Shown: piece by piece, positions 1-10,096 of the stretch | How the letters are laid out: every line of letters starts with the position of its first letter | Position numbering within the stretch: the stretch's first letter is position 1 | From: Aliivibrio fischeri ES114 | Lineage (GTDB): Bacteria > Pseudomonadota > Gammaproteobacteria > Enterobacterales > Vibrionaceae | DNA: 32,000 nucleotides | Strand: one strand, 5' to 3' | Assembly: GCF_000011805.1 (NCBI RefSeq) | Contig: NC_006840.2 | Position numbers and translations under genes: made by a program | Notes under the pieces: model-generated | What the model was told of the DNA's origin: nothing | Database searches by the model: none | The model's input: the letters and a program-made list of their open reading frames with translations, nothing else

Positions 1-235
1 TATAAAGTCAACTTATTAACAACTGGTGAGAGCGTTATCGCAATTTGATACAATTTGCAAAAACGAGACTTAAAAAGTGATCAAGTTAACATTTTTACCA
101 CTAAAGAGGTGTATGATTACTTCAAAACAAGGCATCAGGTACGATATTGATCAACTCTGACGAACGGACTCTACTCGCAGATATGATCACTTGGAAAGAA
201 TCCAATAATTAAATATAGAACCTTAAAGGCTTACT

Positions 236-1687
236 ATGACTCAGATGCTTGATTTAGATACAAAGAATACTGCAGCAACTCGTATTGAAGAAGATTTGCT
301 AGGTGAACGTCACGTTCCTGCTGAAGCTTACTACGGTATTCACACTCTTCGTGCTATCGAAAACTTCAATATTTCTAATGTAACAATTTCTGATGTTCCA
401 GAATTTGTACGCGGCATGATCTACACTAAAAAAGCGGCGGCACTAGCGAACAAAGAATTAGGCGCTATTCCTTCACAAGTTGGTGAATACATCATTAAAG
501 CATGTGACCTTATCCTTGAAACAGGTAAGTGTATGGATCAATTCCCATCTGACGTTTTCCAAGGTGGTGCTGGTACTTCTGTTAACATGAACGCTAACGA
601 AGTTATCGCTAACGTTGCTCTTGAATTAATGGGCAAAGAAAAAGGCGAATACGACATCGTTAACCCTAACGATCATGTAAACAAATCTCAATCAACTAAC
701 TGTGCATACCCTACAGGTTTCCGTATTGCGGTATACAACAGCATGATGAAACTGATCGAAGCGATTGAATACCTAAAAGGTGCATTCGATCTTAAAGATC
801 AAGAATTCCGTAACATTCTGAAAATGGGTCGTACTCAACTTCAAGATGCGGTTCCAATGACTGTTGGTCAAGAATTCCACGCTTGGGGTGTATTACTTCA
901 AGAGGAAGTGAAAAACCTTCACTACACAGCACAACTTCTATTAGAAGTGAACATTGGTGCGACAGCAATCGGTACTGGCTTAAACGCTGCGACTGGTTAC
1001 CAAGAAGCAGCAGTTAAACATCTATCTGAAGTAACAGGTCTACCATGTGTTGCTGCTGAAGACTTAATCGAAGCTACATCTGACTGTGGTGCTTACGTAA
1101 TGATCCACGGTGCGCTAAAACGTACTGCGGTTAAGATGTCTAAGATCTGTAATGACTTACGCCTTCTTTCTTCTGGTCCTCGTGCTGGTCTAAATGAATT
1201 GAACCTTCCAGAGCTTCAAGCTGGTTCTTCAATCATGCCTGCAAAAGTTAACCCAGTAATCCCAGAAGTAGTTAACCAAGTGTGCTTCAAAGTAATCGGT
1301 AACGATACTACTGTTACTTTTGCTGCTGAAGCGGGTCAATTACAACTAAACGTAATGGAACCTGTTATTGGTCAAGCTCTGTTTGAATCAATCGACATCC
1401 TACGTAATGCATGTGTGAACCTACGCGATAAGTGTATTGATGGTATCACTGTAAACAAAGAAGTATGTGAAGCTCACGTATTTAACTCTATCGGTATCGT
1501 AACTTACCTAAACCCATTCATTGGCCACCACGAAGGTGACATTGTTGGTAAAATCTGTGCTGAAACAGGTAAGAGTGTTCGTGAAGTAGTTCTAGAACGC
1601 GGTCTACTGACTGAAGAACAGCTGGACGACATCTTCTCTGTTGAAAACCTGATGCACCCAGAATACAAAGCAAAACGTTACGATTAA
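236..1687 (+). CDS. aspA: Aspartate ammonia-lyase
   Basis: 483-aa ORF; fumarase/aspartase superfamily signature [15 protein letters not shown]; N-terminus [24 protein letters not shown] matches AspA. Confidence 0.97.
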   Translation: MTQMLDLDTKNTAATRIEEDLLGERHVPAEAYYGIHTLRAIENFNISNVTISDVPEFVRGMIYTKKAAALANKELGAIPSQVGEYIIKACDLILETGKCMDQFPSDVFQGGAGTSVNMNANEVIANVALELMGKEKGEYDIVNPNDHVNKSQSTNCAYPTGFRIAVYNSMMKLIEAIEYLKGAFDLKDQEFRNILKMGRTQLQDAVPMTVGQEFHAWGVLLQEEVKNLHYTAQLLLEVNIGATAIGTGLNAATGYQEAAVKHLSEVTGLPCVAAEDLIEATSDCGAYVMIHGALKRTAVKMSKICNDLRLLSSGPRAGLNELNLPELQAGSSIMPAKVNPVIPEVVNQVCFKVIGNDTTVTFAAEAGQLQLNVMEPVIGQALFESIDILRNACVNLRDKCIDGITVNKEVCEAHVFNSIGIVTYLNPFIGHHEGDIVGKICAETGKSVREVVLERGLLTEEQLDDIFSVENLMHPEYKAKRYD

Positions 1688-1702
1688 TTCTTAACGTTCA
1701 AT

Positions 1703-1731
1703 AGCGAGCTCTCAGGGGCTCGCTTTTTTTA
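1703..1731 (+). terminator. Rho-independent terminator after aspA
   Basis: AGCGAGC ... GCTCGCT stem followed by a run of T's. Confidence 0.85.
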
Positions 1732-1851
1732 TTTGTAATTTCTTATTTATAAAATACTCAAAGTAATTATTCATATTTTTCCCAATTACTATATATAGCT
1801 ACTCAGTTAAAATATGAATAATTATTTAATATTAAAAAAGTGGAGTTTCAT

Positions 1852-3153
1852 ATGATTGCTGTACAACTTTTCGTAGTACTGCTGTTCATCTATTTAGGTG
1901 CGCGCATTGGGGGTATTGGTATTGGTTTTGCGGGCGGCGCAGGTGTACTAGTTCTAACCATGATTTTAGGTCTAGACGCTGGTTCTATCCCTATCGATGT
2001 TATCCTAATTATCATGTCAGTTATTACTGCTATTGCAGCGATGCAAGTTGCTGGTGGTATGGATTGGCTAGTTGACCTAGCAGAAAAATTCTTACGTAAA
2101 AATCCAAAACGCATTACTTTCTATGCACCTATCGTAACGTATTTCATGACAATGCTAGCTGGTACTGGCCACACGGCTTTCTCTACTCTTCCAGTTATTG
2201 CTGAAGTTGCAAAAGAACAAGGTGTTCGTCCATCTCGCCCACTTTCTATCGCCGTTGTTGCATCTCAAATTGCAATCACAGCGTCTCCTATTTCAGCGGC
2301 GGTTGTTTTCTTCTCAGGTATCCTCGAGCCTCTAGGTGTGGATTACTTAACGCTATTAGCTGTATGTATTCCTTCAACATTCCTAGCATGTATGGTTGGT
2401 GCTTTTGTTGCTAACTTCCTAGGTTGTGAACTAAAAGATGATTCTGTTTATCAAGAGCGCCTTCAAAAAGGCCTAATTAAGATGAATGGCACAGGCAAGC
2501 GTGAAATTTTACCAACAGCAAAAGCATCAGTTTACATCTTCTGTGCGGCAATCATTGCTGTTGTGGCTTACGCTACAATGATCAGTGGTAGTGTGGGCCT
2601 AATTGAGCACCCAACCATTGGTCGTAACGAAGCTATCATGGCTCTAATGCTAACGGCTGCTGCTGCAATTGTTACTTTCACTAAAATTGATGCGTCTAAA
2701 ATTGCTAACGCAGCAACATTTAAATCAGGTATGAGTGCTTGTGTATGTGTGCTTGGTGTTGCTTGGTTAGGTGATACATTTGTATCTTCTCACATTGGTG
2801 AAATCAAAGAATTCTCTGCACACATTCTTGAACAATACCCTTGGATGCTAGCTGTTGTTTTATTCTTTGCTTCAATGCTTCTTTATTCTCAAGGTGCAAC
2901 AACAACAGCTCTAATGCCTGCTGCTCTTGCTATCGGTGTTGCACCAATCACAGCTGTTGCTTCTTTTGCTGCGGTAAGTGCACTGTTCGTTCTTCCAACT
3001 TACCCAACACTACTTGCAGCGGTTGAGATGGATGACACAGGTTCAACTCGTATCGGTAACCTAGTATTTAACCACCCATTCTTTATCCCTGGTGTGGCAA
3101 CTATCGCAACATCTGTTGCTCTAGGTTTTGCATTCGGTGGTATTATTCTTTAA
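1852..3153 (+). CDS. dcuA: Anaerobic C4-dicarboxylate transporter, DcuA/DcuB family
   Basis: Multi-pass Dcu protein directly downstream of aspA. The ORF track opens at GTG 1840, but that position overlaps a GTGGAG Shine-Dalgarno-like sequence, so ATG 1852 (MIAVQLFVV) is the likely start. Confidence 0.93.
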   Translation: MIAVQLFVVLLFIYLGARIGGIGIGFAGGAGVLVLTMILGLDAGSIPIDVILIIMSVITAIAAMQVAGGMDWLVDLAEKFLRKNPKRITFYAPIVTYFMTMLAGTGHTAFSTLPVIAEVAKEQGVRPSRPLSIAVVASQIAITASPISAAVVFFSGILEPLGVDYLTLLAVCIPSTFLACMVGAFVANFLGCELKDDSVYQERLQKGLIKMNGTGKREILPTAKASVYIFCAAIIAVVAYATMISGSVGLIEHPTIGRNEAIMALMLTAAAAIVTFTKIDASKIANAATFKSGMSACVCVLGVAWLGDTFVSSHIGEIKEFSAHILEQYPWMLAVVLFFASMLLYSQGATTTALMPAALAIGVAPITAVASFAAVSALFVLPTYPTLLAAVEMDDTGSTRIGNLVFNHPFFIPGVATIATSVALGFAFGGIIL

Positions 3154-3180
3154 TAGGTGAATTGCAATAATATCCCTCAA

Positions 3181-3212
3181 AATGGCAGCTGATTAAGCTG
3201 CCATTTTTTTAT
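3181..3212. terminator. Bidirectional terminator between dcuA and the UspA-like gene
   Basis: AAAATGGCAGCT-GATTA-AGCTGCCATTTT perfect 12-bp stem, T-run on the + strand and A-run on the left; genes are convergent. Confidence 0.85.
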
Positions 3213-3216
3213 GTCT

Positions 3217-3648
3217 TTACGAAGGGATTGGAACAACCAAAATATCGACAGGTGAATGGTTTATCAATGGTCGAGAATAAGAAATAATCTTACTCAGGAA
3301 GTCATGGTGATGACCACAAATAATAAGGTCGACGTCTGTATCTGTAACAGCAAGACTCACCTTATTACTCAAATCGCCAGTTCCTACCCAGAAATGTTCA
3401 ACTGGAAATATCGTATATTGCTGAAATTCAGTAAGCCACTTATTTGAAGATTCATTTAATGGCTTTAATTCAGGTTCAGCCTGAATATCAATTAACTCAG
3501 GATAAATTTCTCCATGAGTCCCATCAATATGAATAAACGATACTTTTGCCCCCGCAAGTTCGGCTAATGAGGCTGCTCTATCAATCAATAAATGGCTTTC
3601 TTTTGAAAGATCCAGAGCAACTAGAATATGTTTGTATTTCATCACCAC
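3217..3648 (-). CDS. Universal stress protein UspA family
   Basis: KHILVALDLSKES...LIDRAASLAELAGAKVSFIHID N-terminus and C-terminal SPVDILVVPI typical of the Usp fold. Confidence 0.88.
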   Translation of the reverse strand: MVMKYKHILVALDLSKESHLLIDRAASLAELAGAKVSFIHIDGTHGEIYPELIDIQAEPELKPLNESSNKWLTEFQQYTIFPVEHFWVGTGDLSNKVSLAVTDTDVDLIICGHHHDFLSKIISYSRPLINHSPVDILVVPIPS

Positions 3649-3856
3649 ACCCTCTTTGAGTTGTCATCCAAACAAGCATAGTTTTAGTATGAGAAAAATA
3701 GTGTCGTAGGGATCCCGAAACCGCAACAAATGACAATTTATTCTCATAATAAGCAAGAAGAGATAGATATAAAATCGTGCGAATTGATACTATACTTGTC
3801 GAACTCTTGACCGTTTCTATAGTCATACCCGTACCTATATTTATAAAGATTTTCAC

Positions 3857-5704
3857 ATGACGCATTTATACCGCTTTCGAACAGCCCTTTTATCTCTCTT
3901 TCTTTTGTTCACAACTTTGGTTCCTAACGCTAATGCTGCGTTTGATTTAACCAAACTTCAAGGAAGCCAAGATTCATCTTTTGTGACAGTAAATGAGGCT
4001 TTTCCTTTCAATTTTATGCAACAAGGCGATCGTGTTTATTTAGATTGGCAAGTAAAACCTGATTATTATCTGTATCAACAACGCATCTCAGTAAAAGCGA
4101 ACAGTGCCGAAATTGCAGATCTCGTAATGGAAGATGGAACCCCTCATAATGATGAGTTTTTTGGTGATGTGAATATCTACACCGAGCCACTAACCATTAC
4201 TGTTCCACTGGTTTCAGTCGGTGATAACGCAGAATTAATTGTTCGATACCAAGGTTGTGCAAAAGCTGGATTTTGCTATCCACCTGAAATTCGTAAAATT
4301 CCACTATCAGAGCTAAGCGCTCCAAGTAGCTATCAAAATGAAGTAGCAAAAACAGACGTGGTTGCCAAAAGTGAAAATGCACCGGTTGGAATAAAAACAT
4401 CAGTTCAGCCAACACCTGAAACACCAAAAACGCAAACTCAACAACAAGAGTTAGCGACCAATTTAGGTGATGCTTGGTGGACACCTTTCTTATTTCTAGC
4501 ATTAGGTATTGGTCTTGCGTTTACGCCTTGCGTACTGCCTATGTACCCTATCTTAACGGGAATTGTTTTAGGTGGCGGTAAATTGCCTCATGGTAAGGCA
4601 TTTAAACTCTCTTTTGTTTACGTTCAAGGCATGGCATTAACCTATACCCTACTTGGATTAGTGGTTGCTTCAGCTGGTCTTCAGTTCCAAGCGGCATTAC
4701 AACACCCTTATGTACTTATTGGATTAAGCATTCTATTTGTATTACTTGCTCTTTCTATGTTTGGGGCTTACACCATTCAACTACCAAGCAGCATACAGAC
4801 CAAATTAAATGACATCAGCAATCAGCAGCAAGGTGGTAACTTAGGTGGCGTATTTGCCATGGGGGCTATCTCAGGCTTAGTTTGTTCTCCATGTACAACG
4901 GCACCACTCTCTGGCGCCCTGCTTTATGTAGCAAAAAGTGGAGACTTACTAACAGGGGCTATTGCCCTTTATGCTCTGGCTATTGGTATGGGTATTCCAC
5001 TGATCTTGGCGGCGGTATTTGGCAATAAATTACTACCAAAAGCCGGTGTTTGGATGACGCATGTAAAAACACTATTTGGTTTTATTTTACTTGCCGTTCC
5101 TGTGTTTTTATTAGAGCGAATTCTTCCACATGACATCACCCCATTTGTTTGGTCTGCGTTAGGTATTGCTGCATTTGGTTGGTTATATCATGTTAAAGCA
5201 ACCATGCCTCAGTCATGGAAGACCAGTATTGTTGGCATTGTGGCCATTTTAGGTATTGTTGGTTCAGCTATTCCGGTAATTGATGCGATTTCTGGAAAAA
5301 GCAATACAGAGATAACAACAAAAACTCAAACTGTGACCTTTAAAAAAATCACTAATATTAATGAGTTAAACCAAGAACTAGAAATAGCCAAAGCACAAGG
5401 AAAACCAGTCATGCTCGACTTTTATGCTGATTGGTGTGTTGCGTGTAAAGAATTTGAAAAGTACACCTTCCATAATGAGAAAGTTGAGCCTGTATTATCT
5501 GAGTTTGTTTTATTACAAGCAGACGTAACAAAGAACAGTCCAACGGATATTGAGCTATTACAGCAGCTAAAAGTTCTTGGGCTACCAACTATCGATTTTT
5601 GGAATGCCAACGGAGAATATTTATCTGATTCCCGTTTAACTGGTTTTATGAAAGCCGATCCATTTATGGATCATTTAAGTACAAACGTGATCAATGTTAA
5701 ATAA
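3857..5704 (+). CDS. dsbD: Thiol:disulfide interchange protein DsbD
   Basis: 615 aa; signal peptide; FTPCVLPM and [14 protein letters not shown] transmembrane cysteine motifs; C-terminal thioredoxin-like [14 protein letters not shown]. Confidence 0.96.
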   Translation: MTHLYRFRTALLSLFLLFTTLVPNANAAFDLTKLQGSQDSSFVTVNEAFPFNFMQQGDRVYLDWQVKPDYYLYQQRISVKANSAEIADLVMEDGTPHNDEFFGDVNIYTEPLTITVPLVSVGDNAELIVRYQGCAKAGFCYPPEIRKIPLSELSAPSSYQNEVAKTDVVAKSENAPVGIKTSVQPTPETPKTQTQQQELATNLGDAWWTPFLFLALGIGLAFTPCVLPMYPILTGIVLGGGKLPHGKAFKLSFVYVQGMALTYTLLGLVVASAGLQFQAALQHPYVLIGLSILFVLLALSMFGAYTIQLPSSIQTKLNDISNQQQGGNLGGVFAMGAISGLVCSPCTTAPLSGALLYVAKSGDLLTGAIALYALAIGMGIPLILAAVFGNKLLPKAGVWMTHVKTLFGFILLAVPVFLLERILPHDITPFVWSALGIAAFGWLYHVKATMPQSWKTSIVGIVAILGIVGSAIPVIDAISGKSNTEITTKTQTVTFKKITNINELNQELEIAKAQGKPVMLDFYADWCVACKEFEKYTFHNEKVEPVLSEFVLLQADVTKNSPTDIELLQQLKVLGLPTIDFWNANGEYLSDSRLTGFMKADPFMDHLSTNVINVK

Positions 5705-5812
5705 TAATGTTTCTTTATTGAGCAAAATCATTGGTGATACGTGATAACTTATTTTATAATGCGAATTAATGATTTTTGATTCTACGACTTACGTTTTTTT
5801 TGAGGTATACAA

Positions 5813-6613
5813 ATGAGATTAATCCCGCTAAACCGCGCTGAACAAGTTGGTGCATGGTCTGCACAACACATTGTTAACCGTATCAATGCATTCAACCCAA
5901 CCGCTGATCGTCCATTTGTTCTAGGTCTACCTACTGGCGGTACACCTCTTAATACTTACAAAAAGCTAATCGAGCTACATAAAGCTGGCGAAGTAAGCTT
6001 CAAAAACGTAGTAACGTTCAACATGGATGAGTATGTTGGTCTTCCAGCGGATCACCCTGAGTCTTACCGCACATTCATGCACGAAAACTTCTTCAACCAC
6101 ATTGATATCCAACCTGAAAATATCAACCTACTAAATGGTAATGCAGAAGATCACGAAGCGGAATGTCAACGTTACGAAGACAAAATCAAGTCTTACGGCC
6201 GCATTAACCTATTCATGGGTGGCGTGGGTAACGACGGTCACATCGCTTTCAATGAACCAGCATCATCTCTATCTTCTCGCACACGTATTAAAACGTTAAC
6301 TGAAGATACTCGTATTGCTAACTCTCGCTTCTTCGGTGGCGACATGAACCTTGTTCCTGAGTACTCACTAACAATCGGTGTTGGTACTCTACTTGATTCA
6401 GAAGAGATCATGATCCTAATCACAGGCCACAACAAAGGTCTTGCTCTGCAAGCTGCTGTTGAAGGTTCTGTAAACCACCTATGGACTGTATCTGCACTTC
6501 AACTTCACCCTAAATCAGTAATCGTGTGTGATGAGCCATCAACACAAGAACTGAAAGTGAAAACAGTTAAATACTTCCAACAGCTTGAAGCTAAAAACAT
6601 GGAAGGTTTTTAA
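5813..6613 (+). CDS. nagB: Glucosamine-6-phosphate deaminase
   Basis: 266 aa; MRLIPL...[32 protein letters not shown] motifs. Confidence 0.97.
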   Translation: MRLIPLNRAEQVGAWSAQHIVNRINAFNPTADRPFVLGLPTGGTPLNTYKKLIELHKAGEVSFKNVVTFNMDEYVGLPADHPESYRTFMHENFFNHIDIQPENINLLNGNAEDHEAECQRYEDKIKSYGRINLFMGGVGNDGHIAFNEPASSLSSRTRIKTLTEDTRIANSRFFGGDMNLVPEYSLTIGVGTLLDSEEIMILITGHNKGLALQAAVEGSVNHLWTVSALQLHPKSVIVCDEPSTQELKVKTVKYFQQLEAKNMEGF

Positions 6614-6650
6614 TTTATTGCATTAATTTCGCAATAAATTAAACAAAAAA

Positions 6651-6676
6651 ACCACCGTTTATCGGTGGTTTTTTTT
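6651..6676 (+). terminator. Rho-independent terminator after nagB
   Basis: ACCACCG-TTTAT-CGGTGGT stem followed by a run of T's. Confidence 0.88.
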
Positions 6677-6724
6677 GTAATAAAAAAAAGCTAAATATAC
6701 ACAGCTATCTGCGTTCTATTCATA

Positions 6725-7939
6725 TTAGTCTGATTTTGGTAGCTTAATGGATATCAATGCAGCAAATAATAGGAACCCAAACGATACCCATAAACACGCT
6801 GCAAAACCTGCCACTTGAAATACCCAGCCAGATAGAATAGTACCCACTAAACGTCCCATCGCATTGGCCATGTAATAAAAGCCTACATCCATAGACACGC
6901 CATCACCCTTGGCATAGCTCACAATCAGATAAGAGTGAAGTGAAGAGTTTACGGCAAAGATACCACCGAAAATCAACAAACCAATTACGATAACATATTC
7001 AGGTTGCCACTCAATTTGAACACTATAAGCAATAATTCCTGTCACTAAGGCTAATAAACTCACCCACCACATTGCAGCTCGGCCGTCAGGAACTTTCCCT
7101 TCCGCTTTACCTGTGATTTTAGGAGCAAAACCTTGTACAAAACCATACGCAATTACCCATAACGCTAAAAAGCCACCAACCAATGAATGATCCCAGTTAA
7201 ACACGCTACCAAGGTAAATTGGTAAAGCGACAACAAACCATACATCTCGAGCACCAAATAAGAATAGACGAGCGGCCGAAAGCGTATTGATTTGTTCTGA
7301 CTTTGAAAACAATTGAGTAAATTTAGGCTTTGATTTTGCTTTTCCCATATCACCATCAAGCAAAAGTACGCTACCAACAAAGACCACAAATAGCACACTC
7401 GCCATTGCGATAACCGCAAATTGAAACCCAATCGTCGTTAACAATAATCCACCAAGGAAGAAGCCCGCACCTTTTAATGCATTTTTTGACCCCGTAAGTA
7501 TAGCGACCCACTTATAAAGCGCCCCTTCTTGCTCACTAGGTACCAAGGTTTTTATTGCGCTTTTGGCACTCATTTTATTCAGATCTTTAGCGATACCCGA
7601 GAATGCTTGAGCAGCCATCACCCAAGGAATGGTGAGCCAACTACTTGGCAGGGCAAGCATCAATAACGCACCAACCTGCATTAATAAACCAATATTCATG
7701 GTTTTATTTAATCCAAGCCTTGCGCCAAGCCACCCACCAATTAAGTTCGTCACCACACCAAAAAATTCATAGAAAAGAAACAGTGATGCGATGGCTAATG
7801 TGGTGTAACCCAAATCATGAAAATAGAGCACCACCAACATACGCAATGCGCCATCAGTGATGGTGAAATTCCAATAATTAAATGTCACAAGCATGTATTG
7901 ACGTACGCTGTGACTTAATTGAGAAAACATAAAAATCAC
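6725..7939 (-). CDS. arsJ: Organoarsenical (1-arseno-3-phosphoglycerate) efflux MFS transporter ArsJ
   Basis: 404-aa MFS protein (LVTFNYWNFTITDGALRMLVVLYFHDLGY) in the same orientation and directly downstream of a dedicated GAPDH and an ArsR regulator, the signature context of ArsJ. Confidence 0.92.
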   Translation of the reverse strand: MIFMFSQLSHSVRQYMLVTFNYWNFTITDGALRMLVVLYFHDLGYTTLAIASLFLFYEFFGVVTNLIGGWLGARLGLNKTMNIGLLMQVGALLMLALPSSWLTIPWVMAAQAFSGIAKDLNKMSAKSAIKTLVPSEQEGALYKWVAILTGSKNALKGAGFFLGGLLLTTIGFQFAVIAMASVLFVVFVGSVLLLDGDMGKAKSKPKFTQLFSKSEQINTLSAARLFLFGARDVWFVVALPIYLGSVFNWDHSLVGGFLALWVIAYGFVQGFAPKITGKAEGKVPDGRAAMWWVSLLALVTGIIAYSVQIEWQPEYVIVIGLLIFGGIFAVNSSLHSYLIVSYAKGDGVSMDVGFYYMANAMGRLVGTILSGWVFQVAGFAACLWVSFGFLLFAALISIKLPKSD

Positions 7940-7998
7940 CTGTTTAAATAAAAAGATCTCAGAAGCACATCGCTTTCTGAGACCTTATCTAAAACACA

Positions 7999-8496
7999 TT
8001 ACTTACCAGCAACAGCATAAATGTATTCAATTTGTACTGGCTTAGTAAAAGCACCTGGACGCAATGCTTGAACTTGCTGTTTAATCACATCGAGATCCCA
8101 ACCTAAATCCAATAATAAATGCGCTGCAAGTAAGCCTGTTCGACCTGAGCCTCCCATGCAGTGCATAGCAATTTTATCGCCTTGATTCACCTCAGAAGTC
8201 AATGAAGCAGAGACTTGTTTCCACTGTTCTAAAAAATCGGCATCTGGCGCACAATCATCTTCAATAACTAATTGAATCCATCTCATGCCTAAGTGTTCAG
8301 TTTGTTCACCTAGTGTTTCGACTCCTTTCTCTTTGAGTTCGTCAAAACTCAAAGCCGTTACAATCGTCGTCACCCCTTGTGCTTTTAGTTGCTCTAATGA
8401 GGTCACTAAATCAACCCCTTTAGTTCCTGGGCACGGAGTTAAAACCAATGCGCTACCATTGTCAGATACGGGTAATTCCCAAGTAGGATGTGTCAT
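7999..8496 (-). CDS. Dual-specificity/cyclin-dependent kinase inhibitor 3-like phosphatase
   Basis: Contains a Cys-based phosphatase P-loop HCMGGSGRTG (CX5R) and the downstream LRPGAF segment; lies between arsJ and the ars GAPDH on the same strand. Confidence 0.85.
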   Translation of the reverse strand: MTHPTWELPVSDNGSALVLTPCPGTKGVDLVTSLEQLKAQGVTTIVTALSFDELKEKGVETLGEQTEHLGMRWIQLVIEDDCAPDADFLEQWKQVSASLTSEVNQGDKIAMHCMGGSGRTGLLAAHLLLDLGWDLDVIKQQVQALRPGAFTKPVQIEYIYAVAGK

Positions 8497-8524
8497 TTAA
8501 AATTCCTTAAACCAATGATTACTA

Positions 8525-9526
8525 TTAAGCTAAACCAACATTACGAACTAATTCAGCAGTACGCGTTGCATACCCCATTTCATTGTCATACCAAGCGTAA
8601 ATTTTCACCATACGTTTACCTACAAGCATAGTAGATGGCGCATCAACAATCGTTGAACGTTGGTCACCCTTATAATCAATAGACACTAATGGACGCTCTT
8701 CGTAACCTAAAATACCTTTTAGATCACCCTGTGCCGCATCCTTTAATAACTGATTTACTTCTTCTACTGTGGTATCTCTTTTTACTTCAAAGATAATGTC
8801 GGTGAGTGATGCATTCGCTAAAGGAACTCGAACAGCATGACCATCGATTTTATCTTTTAGCTCAGGGAAAATTTCTACAATCGCTTTAGCTGAACCCGTT
8901 GTGGTTGGGATTAAGCTCATGCCACACGCACGTGCACGGCGAAGATCTTTATGAGGTGCATCAAGAATGGTTTGTGTATTGGTCAAATCATGAATAGTGG
9001 TAAATGCTGCGTTTTCGATACCCAACCCCTTATTGATAACTTTAACAATTGGAGCGAGACAGTTTGTTGTACAAGATGCCGCAGTGACAATTTGGTGAAC
9101 AGCAGGATCAAAAATATCATCATTCACACCAACGACAATGTTTACTACCCCTTCTTCTTTTACTGGAGCTGAAACAACTACACGCTTAACACCTTGAGCT
9201 AAATATTTATCTAAAAATACACGCTTGCGGTGTACCCCCGTCGCTTCAATCACAACATCACAGCCAGACCAATCAACCGCATCGATGTCTTTTTCTTGCG
9301 TTGTTTTAAGAGTTTGACCTGCAATGATCATGTCGCTTCCATTGCTTATCACTTCATGGTGCCAACGCCCCTGAACAGAATCAAACTCCAATAAGTGCGC
9401 TAAAGTATGTGCATCACCCGCAGCATCATTGATTTGTACAAATTCAAGTTCAGGCCAATCAAATGCGGCTCTTAGCGCCAAACGTCCAATACGACCAAAT
9501 CCGTTAATACCTACTTTAATTTTCAT
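8525..9526 (-). CDS. ArsJ-associated glyceraldehyde-3-phosphate dehydrogenase
   Basis: 333 aa; NAD-binding INGFGRIGR, catalytic [19 protein letters not shown]; position between arsR and arsJ. Confidence 0.94.
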   Translation of the reverse strand: MKIKVGINGFGRIGRLALRAAFDWPELEFVQINDAAGDAHTLAHLLEFDSVQGRWHHEVISNGSDMIIAGQTLKTTQEKDIDAVDWSGCDVVIEATGVHRKRVFLDKYLAQGVKRVVVSAPVKEEGVVNIVVGVNDDIFDPAVHQIVTAASCTTNCLAPIVKVINKGLGIENAAFTTIHDLTNTQTILDAPHKDLRRARACGMSLIPTTTGSAKAIVEIFPELKDKIDGHAVRVPLANASLTDIIFEVKRDTTVEEVNQLLKDAAQGDLKGILGYEERPLVSIDYKGDQRSTIVDAPSTMLVGKRMVKIYAWYDNEMGYATRTAELVRNVGLA

Positions 9527-9538
9527 CTTAATTATCCT

Positions 9539-9868
9539 TTAACAGCACGCTTTCATTGCGTTTAATTTATCAGTGTCTTTTTGATATTGAGCCTGCAAAC
9601 AATTCGATTGCTTCAAACCCTCTATAATTTTATTTAGCCAACCCGGTAAATTTGAACTAACTTGGTAATACACCCACTGACCTTCACGGGTATCAACCAA
9701 CACACCAGATTGACGCAACTGAGCTAAATGACGTGAAATCTTAGGCTGACTTTCATCTAGCGCTTCCGTTAATTGGTTTACGCACAAGCGACCTTCACGA
9801 GCAATAAGCAATAAACAACGCATTCGCGTTTCATCTGATAACATTTTGAAAAATTGATGAGGTAACAT
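9539..9868 (-). CDS. arsR: ArsR/SmtB-family transcriptional repressor
   Basis: 109-aa winged-helix protein (MLSDETRMRCLLLIAREGRLCVNQLTEALDESQPKISRHLAQLRQSGVL), first gene of the leftward cluster; Cys at residues 18, 29, 90, 108 and 109. Confidence 0.92.
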   Translation of the reverse strand: MLPHQFFKMLSDETRMRCLLLIAREGRLCVNQLTEALDESQPKISRHLAQLRQSGVLVDTREGQWVYYQVSSNLPGWLNKIIEGLKQSNCLQAQYQKDTDKLNAMKACC

Positions 9869-9881
9869 ACTCAGCCCTTAA

Positions 9882-9905
9882 ATATGGATATATGCATTTC
9901 CATAT
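9882..9905. promoter_or_regulatory. Candidate ArsR operator upstream of arsR
   Basis: ATATGGA-N10-TCCATAT inverted repeat. Just upstream on the minus strand is TTGATT-N16-TAATAT with an extended TGC, a plausible sigma70 promoter, so the repeat would overlap the start-site region. Confidence 0.55.
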
Positions 9906-10096
9906 ATTAGCAATAAGAAAATGCAAATCAAGGAAAAAATCAATTTAATACACAAGCTGTTGAATAAAAAGCAACGTAAATATGACATATGAGCGCTTAT
10001 TTTCTAAACTACTCAATAAACCAAACCATTTTAAGTACAGTGATTTACATCATTGCAATTCATAAATGATAGCTTTAGAAATAAGATGCCGTACTA

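Noticed and set aside
8285-8500. Plus-strand ORFs opposite the ars genes (for example 8285..8500 and 8951..9172)
   Set aside because: They lie fully antisense to strongly supported genes and show no recognisable domain; likely shadow ORFs.
8525-9526. Possible housekeeping gapA
   Set aside because: Its immediate arsR-GAPDH-arsJ context fits the ArsJ-associated paralogue better than central glycolytic GAPDH.
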